Of a stretch of 64,000 nucleotides of DNA, positions 9,107-19,050 are shown one piece after another. The notes beneath the pieces are model-generated. The model was given only the letters and a program-made list of their open reading frames with translations. It did no database searches and had not been told where the DNA came from. The stretch is from Thermoanaerobaculia bacterium (GTDB lineage: Bacteria; Acidobacteriota; Thermoanaerobaculia; UBA5066): NCBI GenBank assembly GCA_022071945.1, contig JAJVIN010000019.1:15637-79636 (forward strand), read 5' to 3'. How positions within the stretch are numbered: position 1 is the stretch's first letter; each line of letters starts with the position of its first letter. A program made the position numbers and the translations under genes.

Positions 9107-10629
9107 GACTCGTCCTCCGGCTAGAGTTCCCGCTGGGGCGCCTCCACGCCACGCCTTGGCGCGTGAATCCGTTCGACGATCCGTACGGCGAGTGGCCGCC
9201 AAGTCCCTGGCGCCTTGTTCGCGCCGTCACAGCGCGCTGGTACCAGTGGGCGCGTGAGACGGAGGCGCCCACGGACCTTGCGAGGCTCGAGAAGGTGCAA
9301 GCCGCGCTGTGCAGGAGCACGTACTCATTCCATCTCCCACCGGATGCGCGCAAGGGACGCCCGCTCAGGCAATACCACCCGACCGAGTTCGGTTGGCGAC
9401 CGGCCGAGAGGAAGAAGCCGGGAACGCGCAGCTACGGCACGAGCCTCGTGCAAGACAACTACTGGTGTGTCCCGCCCGAGGCGCCCGTCTGGTGGTTCAT
9501 CGAAGGCGACGACTGGACCGATGAACTCCGCACGCTGCTCGCTCAGTGCCTCGAGCGCATTACTTACTTCGGGCGCGCCGAGACGCTCACGCGAATCGGC
9601 ATCGTGGTTTCCAGCCACGGGATCCCGGCACCTAACTGCGAGCTGATCGACAAGCGAGCGGCCGGTGCTGTGCCCGTGCTGTCACCCCTCAAGGACGCCA
9701 CGCGGAACGACATCGAGCGCACGACCGACGATGCGGAAGCTGTGAGGAGAGCCGTCCCTCCTGGTGCGCGGTGGCTCTACGCAGTTCGACCATCGCGCCC
9801 CGAGTCCTCCGAGCGCAGACGCGTACCCGCGCATCGTCCTGACTGCCACCTCATGCAGTTCGCGATCGGGTGGAATGTTGCCCCAGAGCCGCGCGCTATC
9901 GTGCGGCTCACGTCGCGGTTCCGGGGCGCCGTGCTCCGCGAACTCCTGCGGCTCAAGACGGGTGACCCCGCCGCGACATGGACGCGCGTCAGCAAGGACG
10001 TCCGCGAGGCAGTCGCTGATATGGCGGGCAAGGACTCCAACGACGAGCCCCTCAAGGGCCACCGTCACACTGAGTTTCTGGCTTGGTGTGAGGGCAACTA
10101 TCCCACCCGCCTGCTAGTGTGGAGGGGATCGCGTGCCTTCGACGCCGATGAGCAGGAAGCGATTCTGCTCGCGGCGGCGCGTGAAGTTTCGTGGGCCGCA
10201 GCCGGTTCAGACTCCGATGAATGGAAGGTGCGCCTCGTTCCTCTAGATCGAGATGTCCCGCCGCCTCCGGGCTTCGACGGACGCCCGTCGATTACCTGGG
10301 ATTCGGTGACACCTTACGTCCCACCCCGTCACCACTTGCGCCGTGGCAAGGAGCGCGAGGGGGATTCGACGGTCGATCAGATCCGACGCGAGCTTCTGGA
10401 GCGCGGGATCACTCAGGAGGTCACCATAGAGGTTGTGGGCTCTCCGAAGTGGGTGTCCGTGCACGTTCCCCGGCGGGAGGGGAACAAGCGCGCCTCAATA
10501 GGTGACCGTCGAGGCCAGATGATCCAACTGCGGTTCGCGGCAGCGACCCAAGGCCCTATCCGCTTAGGGCATTCGAGCAGCTTCGGCCTTGGGCTCTTCC
10601 GGCCAGCAGAGGAACGGGACGAGGCATGA
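9103..10629 (+). CDS. csb2: Csb2 (Cas5-Cas6 fusion, type I-G; GSU0054 family)
   Basis: N-terminus RLEFPLGRLHATPWRVNPFDDPYGEWPPSPWRLVRAVTA is the Csb2/Cas5-like signature. 508 aa with a Gly-rich C-terminus (HSSSFGLGLF) typical of the RAMP G-loop. Confidence 0.8.
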   Translation: MRLVLRLEFPLGRLHATPWRVNPFDDPYGEWPPSPWRLVRAVTARWYQWARETEAPTDLARLEKVQAALCRSTYSFHLPPDARKGRPLRQYHPTEFGWRPAERKKPGTRSYGTSLVQDNYWCVPPEAPVWWFIEGDDWTDELRTLLAQCLERITYFGRAETLTRIGIVVSSHGIPAPNCELIDKRAAGAVPVLSPLKDATRNDIERTTDDAEAVRRAVPPGARWLYAVRPSRPESSERRRVPAHRPDCHLMQFAIGWNVAPEPRAIVRLTSRFRGAVLRELLRLKTGDPAATWTRVSKDVREAVADMAGKDSNDEPLKGHRHTEFLAWCEGNYPTRLLVWRGSRAFDADEQEAILLAAAREVSWAAAGSDSDEWKVRLVPLDRDVPPPPGFDGRPSITWDSVTPYVPPRHHLRRGKEREGDSTVDQIRRELLERGITQEVTIEVVGSPKWVSVHVPRREGNKRASIGDRRGQMIQLRFAAATQGPIRLGHSSSFGLGLFRPAEERDEA

Positions 10630-11017
10630 CAGCCGGACCTGGGTTCGGTGTCACGCCGCACTTCGGCCTCAACGGGAGCGACCTATTCGACCCCGGCCAG
10701 GTGAGGGATGGCGAAGGGCGCAGAAGCGCTTGCGCCATCGTCGCCAGGTGCGGGAAGAGGCTGCCGGGCAGCGGGCGAGTTTGGCGAACGCCAGAGGCGT
10801 CATGCTGACTCCCGGCGTCGAAGGCGACTGCAGCATTACGGGGCGCGAGGTCTTACCTGACGCGCATCCCGCGCCACTTGGTGTTCCCACGGCGGGCTTG
10901 GGCCCGCCGCCGCCAGGCTTCGTCTGGCGCCTTGAGAGTCAAAACCGCATCGTCTTCTACGTATCCGCGTGCGAGATGCACGTGAGGCTTGGTTTCGATC
11001 TCCGAAGCTGAACGTCC

Positions 11018-12697
11018 ATGAACGTCGAATCGCCTCTGGCCCCCCTCCCCGCGCGGATGCTGAACGAATACGTCTACTGTCCGCGTCTCTTCTTTCTGGA
11101 GCACGTGGCGGGGGAGTGGGAGGAGAGCGCGGACACGGTCGCGGGCCGGCGGGTGCACCGGCGCGTGGACCGGCCGGCGCAGGCGATTCCGGACCCGGAG
11201 CGGCTCAATACCGAGTGGAAGGTCCGCTCGGTCGATGTCGCGTCCGAGATTCACGGGGTGACCGCGACCTGCGATCTCATCGAGGGCGAGGGCGAGGAGG
11301 CGCACCCGGTCGACTACAAGAAGGGAAAGGCGCCGGATCCTGATCGGGTGCCAGGCGGCGTCTGGCCCGCGGACCGCGTCCAGATCGGGGCTCAGATCCT
11401 GGCGCTTCGGGAATGCGGCTACTCGTGCGAGGCGGGCTCGATCTATTACGCGGAGACGAAGAAGCGGGTCCGGGTTCCCTGGAGCCAGGATCTCGAGAGC
11501 CTCGTCCTCGGGGCGATTTCGGGCGCCCGGGAGGCCGAGCGGTCGGCAGTCCCTCCGCAACCCCTGGTCGATAGTCCAAAGTGCCCCAAGTGCTCCCTGG
11601 TGGGGATCTGTCTGCCGGACGAGTCCACATTGCTCGGACAGCCGGCCCAAGCGAGTGAGCCGAGGGAGATTCGGAAGCTCTTGCCGCCGAACGACGACCG
11701 GAGGCCGCTCTACGTGAAAGCGCACGGCGCGACCGTGGGCCTCGCCGGGGGCGAACTCGAAGTGCGGCAGAGAGACGCGGAGACGGTGACGGTGAGGCTT
11801 CAGGACACGTCTCACGTCAGCCTCCTCGGGAACATCCAGATCACGGCCGGTGCGCTCAAGGCGTTGTGCGACCAAGGTATCGGCGTCTCGTACTTCAGTT
11901 ATGGCGGCTGGCACTTCGCGAGCCTGAATGGCTACCCGAGCGCGAGCGTTCACCACCGGATCGCCCAGTTCCGGGTCTTCTTCGATCCCGAGGGCCGCGT
12001 CCGGCTCGCTCGTCAGTTCATCCGGGCGAAGATCCTCAACTGCCGGACCCTGCTCCGGCGAAACTCCGGGGAGGGTGAGGACGCGGCCCTCGCCCTGTTG
12101 AAGAAAGGGGCGGACGACGCGGCGACGGCGGAATCGCTCGAGTCCCTTCTCGGGATCGAGGGGCTGGCGGCCAGAACGTACTTCGACGGGTTCGCCAGGG
12201 TTCTTCAGGGCAAGGACGGTGTGAGCCGGTTCGAGCTTTCGGGCAGGAACCGGCGTCCCCCGAGAGATCCGGTGAATGCATTGCTTTCGTTCGCGTATGC
12301 CCTGCTGGTGAAGGACTGCCGGATCGCGGTGGCGGCGGCGGGGCTGGACCCGATGGTGGGGCTGCTTCACCAGCCCAGGCCGGGCCGGCCAGCGATGGCG
12401 CTCGACATGATGGAGGAGTTCCGGCCCCTCATCGCGGACTCGGCTGTGTTGACGGCGATCAACACCGGGGTGGTCACGGGGGAGGACTTCGTCAGGGGTG
12501 CCGGGCGAGTCGCCCTGACGGATGGAGGCCGAAAGGCCTTCCTCGGGGCGTATGAACGGAGAATGGAGCAAGAGATCCAGCACCCGGTCTTCGGTTACCG
12601 GGTGAGTTACAGGCAAGTCCTCGAGATCCAGGCCAGGCTTCTGGCGAGGACGTTGACAGGGGAGATCGGGGTCTACCCGGCGTTCCTGACGAGATGA
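11018..12697 (+). CDS. cas4-cas1: Cas4-Cas1 fusion protein
   Basis: N-terminal Cas4: YVYCPRLFFLEH, DYKKGK and the C-terminal Cys cluster KCPKCSLVGIC. C-terminal Cas1: NALLSFAYALLVKDCRIAVAAAGLDPMVGLLHQPRPGRPAMALDMMEEFRP. Confidence 0.92.
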   Translation: MNVESPLAPLPARMLNEYVYCPRLFFLEHVAGEWEESADTVAGRRVHRRVDRPAQAIPDPERLNTEWKVRSVDVASEIHGVTATCDLIEGEGEEAHPVDYKKGKAPDPDRVPGGVWPADRVQIGAQILALRECGYSCEAGSIYYAETKKRVRVPWSQDLESLVLGAISGAREAERSAVPPQPLVDSPKCPKCSLVGICLPDESTLLGQPAQASEPREIRKLLPPNDDRRPLYVKAHGATVGLAGGELEVRQRDAETVTVRLQDTSHVSLLGNIQITAGALKALCDQGIGVSYFSYGGWHFASLNGYPSASVHHRIAQFRVFFDPEGRVRLARQFIRAKILNCRTLLRRNSGEGEDAALALLKKGADDAATAESLESLLGIEGLAARTYFDGFARVLQGKDGVSRFELSGRNRRPPRDPVNALLSFAYALLVKDCRIAVAAAGLDPMVGLLHQPRPGRPAMALDMMEEFRPLIADSAVLTAINTGVVTGEDFVRGAGRVALTDGGRKAFLGAYERRMEQEIQHPVFGYRVSYRQVLEIQARLLARTLTGEIGVYPAFLTR

Positions 12698-12981
12698 GAA
12701 CGCGCTACATCGTGACGTACGACGTGTGTGAGCCGCGCCGGTTGAGGCGGGTCTTCAAGGTCATGAAGGGCGCCGGGGATCATCTGCAGTTGTCGGTTTT
12801 CCGGTGTGACCTCTCGGACAGGCAGTTAGAGGTTTTGAAGGAGAAGCTGACGAGAGAGATAAAGGGGAAGGATCAGGTACTGTTCGTGGAAGTTGGGCCG
12901 TCGGATGGCGGGCTGGCGGAGCGGATCTGGTCGCTTGGCAAACCGTACGAGGAGGCCGAGCAAGGCCCCGTGATCGTCTGA
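12694..12981 (+). CDS. cas2: Cas2 endoribonuclease/adaptation protein
   Basis: MRTRYIVTYDVCEPRRLRRVFKVMKGAGDHLQLSVFRCDL is canonical Cas2. Start overlaps the cas4-cas1 stop. Confidence 0.9.
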   Translation: MRTRYIVTYDVCEPRRLRRVFKVMKGAGDHLQLSVFRCDLSDRQLEVLKEKLTREIKGKDQVLFVEVGPSDGGLAERIWSLGKPYEEAEQGPVIV

Positions 12982-13199
12982 CCCTCGGGGGCAGACGCGC
13001 TGTATGAAAGCCGAAACGTGATTTCGAGTGGCTGGGTGGTGAAGAAAACCCGGCGGCCGCTCGATGAGTTCAAGGCATGTAGATTCAGTAACTTGCAACA
13101 GCCGGCCGGGAGAAGCGCGTGCTTCGCCGCTCCAACCGGGGGAGCCGCTCGAAACCGCCGCGGCAAACCTGGCCCGCCGAGTAAGATACCTCGCGCGCC
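12982..13199 (+). promoter_or_regulatory. CRISPR leader region
   Basis: Non-coding stretch of about 218 bp between cas2 and the first repeat. The degenerate repeat lies at the far end of the array, so this is the leader-proximal end. Contains a TAAGAT-like -10 candidate. Confidence 0.5.
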
Positions 13200-16100
13200 G
13201 TCTCCCCGGCTTCACAGCCGGGGCTCCATTGAAGCGTCGCCCTGGACTCCGCCGGGAACCCTGTGCTGCGCGTCTCCCCGGCTTCACAGCCGGGGCTCCA
13301 TTGAAGCGTCTATGACGAGTCGCCACTCGCTCGCATCCCGCGAAGTCTCCCCGGCTTCACAGCCGGGGCTCCATTGAAGCCTTGACGAGAGACTGGTCGA
13401 TCTTCTGGAATGCCAGGTCTCCCCGGCTTCACAGCCGGGGCTCCATTGAAGCAGCGGGGGCGACGATCAGCACGCTCAAAACGATCATGTCTCCCCGGCT
13501 TCACAGCCGGGGCTCCATTGAAGCGATCCCGTAAAGGTCGCCGAGTACGCGGTCTGGCGGGTCTCCCCGGCTTCACAGCCGGGGCTCCATTGAAGCCAGG
13601 AGAAACTGAAGGTCGACGCGCTCGGGACCGCTGGTCTCCCCGGCTTCACAGCCGGGGCTCCATTGAAGCCTCTTCTCGATCGACCCTAGTAACGGCGGGG
13701 CTGCGTCTCCCCGGCTTCACAGCCGGGGCTCCATTGAAGCCTTTCGAAGTCGCCTCGGTACCGCTACGACATGCATGTCTCCCCGGCTTCACAGCCGGGG
13801 CTCCATTGAAGCGACTCCGCCTCGATCACGTGCTCGCTCTCGATCGTGTCTCCCCGGCTTCACAGCCGGGGCTCCATTGAAGCACGATGTAGTTTTCGTG
13901 CCGCTCCGTCACCTCCTGGGGTCTCCCCGGCTTCACAGCCGGGGCTCCATTGAAGCGCCGCGAGAGCGGCGGCATCGGCAAACTGGACGACGTGTCTCCC
14001 CGGCTTCACAGCCGGGGCTCCATTGAAGCGACCAACCCGCGAACTTCGGCACGTGGTCGAACGGGGTCTCCCCGGCTTCACAGCCGGGGCTCCATTGAAG
14101 CCCTCGCGGCGAGCCGTACCAGGTCCTCCCGGGTCAAGTCTCCCCGGCTTCACAGCCGGGGCTCCATTGAAGCGTCGAGTCCGGAAACCTGGCGATCTTC
14201 CAAGAGTCGGTCTCCCCGGCTTCACAGCCGGGGCTCCATTGAAGCGAGCGAGTGCTCATCTGCGAGGCCTCCAACTACTGGGTCTCCCCGGCTTCACAGC
14301 CGGGGCTCCATTGAAGCAACCCGAACGACCGGGGTTTACGGTTGAGTTTGTCGTCTCCCCGGCTTCACAGCCGGGGCTCCATTGAAGCGAGCTGGTGATC
14401 TTCTTGACCAGCGCCTTCGCCTTGTCTCCCCGGCTTCACAGCCGGGGCTCCATTGAAGCGGCGTCGTTGAAGCCCTCGCCATCGCCGATCTGGAAGTCTC
14501 CCCGGCTTCACAGCCGGGGCTCCATTGAAGCTTCATCAGGCCACGCTCTTGCCGACTTCGTACCAGTGTCTCCCCGGCTTCACAGCCGGGGCTCCATTGA
14601 AGCATAGGGGTCAAGGCGAACATGCTCGCCAGCGGGACCGTCTCCCCGGCTTCACAGCCGGGGCTCCATTGAAGCCTGACGAAGCACTCCGTGACAAGCA
14701 CGAGAAGTCGCGTCTCCCCGGCTTCACAGCCGGGGCTCCATTGAAGCTTCACTTGCTCGCTGTTTTCGATCAACACCTGGATGTCTCCCCGGCTTCACAG
14801 CCGGGGCTCCATTGAAGCGTGCCGCAGATGAGGATGAACCTCGTGAAGGCGATGTCTCCCCGGCTTCACAGCCGGGGCTCCATTGAAGCTCCAACATGAG
14901 CTACCACGACCTCGCCTCCCAGGAGAGTCTCCCCGGCTTCACAGCCGGGGCTCCATTGAAGCCACTCGTTGTACTTCTTCTGGGCTTCCTTCACCGCGTC
15001 TCCCCGGCTTCACAGCCGGGGCTCCATTGAAGCACCACGCTCGCCGCGAGGTGAGGCACGGTCCCGCCGGTCTCCCCGGCTTCACAGCCGGGGCTCCATT
15101 GAAGCAACCGCGCGAAGGAGAACGACAACAATGAGATAGAAGTCTCCCCGGCTTCACAGCCGGGGCTCCATTGAAGCCCGATGGACACCGCTCGGCGTGG
15201 CGTGCGTGCCAGTGTCTCCCCGGCTTCACAGCCGGGGCTCCATTGAAGCAGCCCGGCGGGCGACGAGATGAAGAATGCCTTCCCCGTCTCCCCGGCTTCA
15301 CAGCCGGGGCTCCATTGAAGCCCGACGACACCCCAGACCCTCCCGTCAGCATTCCACTGTCTCCCCGGCTTCACAGCCGGGGCTCCATTGAAGCATTTTG
15401 AAGAAGGGCGTCGAGGAGTTCGAGGCGCGCGTCTCCCCGGCTTCACAGCCGGGGCTCCATTGAAGCCGTTGTACCGCATCTTCACCCGCACCGCCTCTTC
15501 GAGTCTCCCCGGCTTCACAGCCGGGGCTCCATTGAAGCGTGTCGTCCTGCGTCCAGGGGCGCCGGACCTCGCCGGTCTCCCCGGCTTCACAGCCGGGGCT
15601 CCATTGAAGCTTTCTCGACGCCACCCATCCGCAGCTCATCGCGTAGTCTCCCCGGCTTCACAGCCGGGGCTCCATTGAAGCCGACCCCATCCTGGCGCGC
15701 AGGAGAGCCATCACGCGGTCTCCCCGGCTTCACAGCCGGGGCTCCATTGAAGCGTGTCGGCCTGAACGACCGCCGTGTACTGGAGGCCAGTCTCCCCGGC
15801 TTCACAGCCGGGGCTCCATTGAAGCCACACGATTCACCTCGCGTTCATGGACTTCCTCCAGGTCTCCCCGGCTTCACAGCCGGGGCTCCATTGAAGCTCG
15901 TCCGCGACATCGGCGGCGAACAGAGCCGCCGCGGTCTCCCCGGCTTCACAGCCGGGGCTCCATTGAAGCAGGAGGAAGTCCGCCACGTCTCCGCCGGAGG
16001 CACGGTCTCCCCGGCTTCACAGCCGGGGCTCCATTGAAGCCGGAGGCCCGCTCCGCCGCTTCATCTCGTAGTAACGGGTCTCCCCGGCTTCACAGCCGGG

Positions 16101-16763
16101 GCTCCATTGAAGCATCTTCCCTTCTCACTTTCTCGCGGCGCTCTCTTGGTCTCCCCGGCTTCACAGCCGGGGCTCCATTGAAGCCAGCCTCGGGTGGCGA
16201 GGTATTCCGCGCTAACGCTAGTCTCCCCGGCTTCACAGCCGGGGCTCCATTGAAGCGTGATGAACGAGGGTGCGCTTGGCGGGGGCGGGGGCGTCTCCCC
16301 GGCTTCACAGCCGGGGCTCCATTGAAGCCTTCCCCACGGTGTCGAGATCAGCAGCGCCTTGCCTGTCTCCCCGGCTTCACAGCCGGGGCTCCATTGAAGC
16401 TCTCGGGTGAGTGGCACGGGAGTCTCGGGCCCGAGCGGTCTCCCCGGCTTCACAGCCGGGGCTCCATTGAAGCTCGATCGAGTCCCGGATCGACACTCGC
16501 TGATGCCCGGTCTCCCCGGCTTCACAGCCGGGGCTCCATTGAAGCCTGACGGCATTCCGCGGGTGCGTGAAGACGGCCGCCAGTCTCCCCGGCTTCACAG
16601 CCGGGGCTCCATTGAAGCGCGTCGCTCGTGAGCGTCCCGTTCCCACTCCAGAGCGTCTCCCCGGCTTCACAGCCGGGGCTCCATTGAAGCCTTAACCCAT
16701 GCTAGGTGGCCTTCCCCGCAGTGCCTCGTCTCCCCGGCCTCGCAACCGGGGTGGCGATCGCAC
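13200..16763 (+). CRISPR. CRISPR array of about 49 full 36-nt repeats (35-37-nt spacers) plus one degenerate terminal repeat
   Basis: Repeat GTCTCCCCGGCTTCACAGCCGGGGCTCCATTGAAGC recurs with about 72-bp period from 13200 to 16690. It contains an internal 8-bp palindrome (CCCCGGCT/AGCCGGGG, loop TCAC) and ends in ATTGAAGC, a type I-like 5'-handle. A degenerate copy GTCTCCCCGGCCTCGCAACCGGGGTGGCGATCG sits at 16728-16763. Repeat count is estimated from periodicity. Confidence 0.97.
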
Positions 16764-17034
16764 GGCCCGGTTCTGATGCCGAATTGCGATGAAGTCGAGA
16801 CGATCGTGGGGTTCGGTTCGTTCTCCCTCGCCCTTCTGCTCTCGCCAGAAAGGCACAGGGTGGCACGGAAGCGTCAGGAAAGAGGCCCCTCACCCCGCCT
16901 CACGGCGACCCTCTCCCCGCTCCCGCGGGGCGAGGGGAGGGTTGGGCGGACCTCGAGAGCGAACTGAGGAGACTGCCCGTCGGACGGCGATGTCCGATTA
17001 CTGAGCGTCCCGCGGGGCCACCATCCCGTCCACG

Positions 17035-17550
17035 TCACCGACTCCAGGGGCTGCCCGTCGAAGAAGGGCTGGGGATGAGGACCTCCTGGTGGGTTCCATC
17101 TCGGGCTTCCGTTCTTCGCCACATAAGATCGGCCGCGGCGCCCAGAGGGTTCGGCGTGCCGGCGGCGAGCAGGACATTCGGGTAACCCGCGACCGAGATC
17201 GTTCCGAGAACGGTCCGCACGGCGCGGAAGGGGAGCCGGCGGTCGGCCTTGAGCACGACGCGCTTGCCGGGATTGCGAGCGGCCAGCTCCCGGAGCTTCA
17301 CGCGGAGACCGTCAGGGGGAAACCACTTCGTGTCGATGAAGGTGGTCCCATCCTTCTCGAGACTGATGGCCAGGTCGTTCGGGCTCTCTGGAGCGAGCGG
17401 CGGGTTCAGTGTCTGGGGCAGAAGGACAGCTCTCCCGCTACAGCCCATGGGGGTGGAGCCAGCCTCGATCGTGATCAAGACAACCACGACCGAGACGGCG
17501 GCGAGCGAGAAAACCGAGAAGAGGTCGGGCGCGGAGGGCGTGAGCCTCAT
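17035..17550 (-). CDS. exbD: ExbD/TolR-family biopolymer transport protein (orphan, no adjacent ExbB/TolQ)
   Basis: N-terminal TM helix SVFSLAAVSVVVVLI followed by the ExbD core ISLEKDGTTFIDTKWF...RVVLKADRRLPFRAVRTVLGTISVAGY. Start taken at the internal Met (MRLTPSAP). Confidence 0.75.
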   Translation of the reverse strand: MRLTPSAPDLFSVFSLAAVSVVVVLITIEAGSTPMGCSGRAVLLPQTLNPPLAPESPNDLAISLEKDGTTFIDTKWFPPDGLRVKLRELAARNPGKRVVLKADRRLPFRAVRTVLGTISVAGYPNVLLAAGTPNPLGAAADLMWRRTEARDGTHQEVLIPSPSSTGSPWSR

Positions 17551-17679
17551 GTGAGCTTGGACCCGGAATCGCGAAGAAGAGTTCCCGGTGCGTGCCCATG
17601 GCTTCGGCATCGATCCTTCCTTCGGACCGGCATCCCCGCCGCGCCTCCCGCCCGGGCCGTAAAGATGATCCGGGCATGA

Positions 17680-17838
17680 GAATCCGGCAGCGGCGGATTA
17701 CCGAAAGAGAGCGTCGTTCTTTGCCATCAGGTGACGACACTCGATCGCGGCAAGCGTACCGAGTCCATCGGAACTCTCACGGCGGCCGAGATGGCCCGCG
17801 TGGCCGCCGGCCTGAAATCGGCGATGTTTCTCGAGTAG
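17680..17838 (+). pseudogene. C-terminal remnant of a MazF/PemK-family type II toxin
   Basis: Translation of 17680-17835 gives ESGSGGLPKESVVLCHQVTTLDRGKRTESIGTLTAAEMARVAAGLKSAMFLE. This matches the conserved C-terminal third of MazF/PemK toxins (SVVLxxQIRTLDKxRLxxxIGTLSxEEMxxVxxAL). An in-frame TGA lies immediately upstream, so the N-terminal two thirds are missing. Confidence 0.4.
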
Positions 17839-17908
17839 GAGTCCGGCCGGCAGCGCCCGGGGCGCGCCGTTCGAGAAGCTGGACGGTCCGGCCCCTCGAG
17901 GGGGGCTA

Positions 17909-19050
17909 CTAGGGACCCCTTCCCTTCACCAACTCCAGGAGCAGCTCGTCGACGAAGGCCGGGTCGACGTCCGGCGGAAGGCTCGAACCGCGTGCCGCCT
18001 CCTCCATCCGGCCCTGGAGTTCCGAGGCGGACTCCAGAAGCGCTTCGTAGGAGAGCCCTCCATCTCTCACCGCGACGAGATCCGGGGCATCGGGACGCCG
18101 CACCTGGAGGTCGCCCGTCTGAAGGACCTCGAGGCCCGTCCTCATCAGCCGGATCAGGTGAGCCGCGTGCTTGGTGTCGTAGCCGTGTCGCCTCTCCAGC
18201 TCGGCCCGGACGGGATTGCGCGAGCTCCGCCACGTCTCGAACGCCTGCCAGTGCTTCATCGCCGCCCGGTAACGCCTCTCGGCCTCGAGCGTCCGCTCGA
18301 CTTCCCTCGGGAGCCTCAGCGCGTGGAGGGCAATGGTCCGCTGCCGCTCCTCGAGGGACTCCTCCGGCACCTCGAGAGCGTCCTGAAGCAAACGTCCCAG
18401 CCGCTCCTTCAACTCGATCCGGAGCGTGGCCGGCATCTCCAGGGCATCGATCCCGTAGCTCCCGAGTTTCAGACTCACACTTCGCTCGATCCGGTCCTGG
18501 TCGTCGCGGCTGAGGGTACTCGCCTCTGGAAGACCGAAGTCCGCGCGCGACGGCTTTCCGGCCGGCGGGTGCAGCAGCCAGGAACGGTGCGTCCCGATCC
18601 GCTTCAGCTGCGCCATCGCGTACCCGAGATAGGTCTGCTGGACCTTCCGCGTAAGAAACCGGTGACGCTCGCCGTGGACGAGGCGCCAGGCCGGGGTGAC
18701 GTGGAGCCAGTCGTCCTCGCTCGCGAAGAGGATCTCGAGGGCGTTCGGGTTCCCGGCCGCGCACAGCGACAGGAACTTCGCGATGTCGAAGAGGACGCAC
18801 TCGGTCTTCACCCCGAGGCTCGCCGAAGCCGTCGGATGCCTCCGCAGCCTCTGCTCCACCTCGGCTCCGAGCCGGCCTCCGAGCGGCGCCTCGATCTCCG
18901 CGAGAGGACGAAAGAGCGAGAGCCGCCACTCGAGCGGTGCAAGGAACACTCCCCTCAGGTCGATGTCGGATCCGGACCGGGCAGTCCCGTGGGCGTGGCT
19001 CCCCGCCAAGGTGACGAAGAGGACGTCCCGCTCCGGATCGATCGTCATCT
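17909..19050 (-). CDS. Pol-beta-superfamily nucleotidyltransferase-domain protein (PF10127-like), paralog 2
   Basis: From the internal Met: MTIDPERDVLFVTLAGSHAHGTARSGSDIDLRGVFLAP carries the G[SA]-x9-13-D-x-D NTase signature. Followed by a ~250-aa helical domain (NPNALEILFASEDDWLH...). Its start ATG overlaps the stop of the upstream paralog. Confidence 0.6.

Noticed and set aside
10853-12616. 587-aa minus-strand ORF
   Set aside because: Antisense to the cas4-cas1 fusion gene, whose Cas4 and Cas1 motifs are unambiguous; Arg/Pro-rich junk translation.
13018-16670. About 25 short ORFs on both strands across 13018-16670 with recurring LPGFTAGAPLK / SPRLHSRGSIEA / FNGAPAVKPGR peptides
   Set aside because: They are translations of the CRISPR repeat in different frames and strands, artefacts of the array periodicity.
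16764-17034. GC-rich hairpin (ccccgc-tccc-gcgggg with extended imperfect stem) and short ORFs between the array end and exbD
   Set aside because: Stem is imperfect and unique, and the ORFs are short and low-complexity. Probably just the exbD 3' region or an array terminator; not enough to call.
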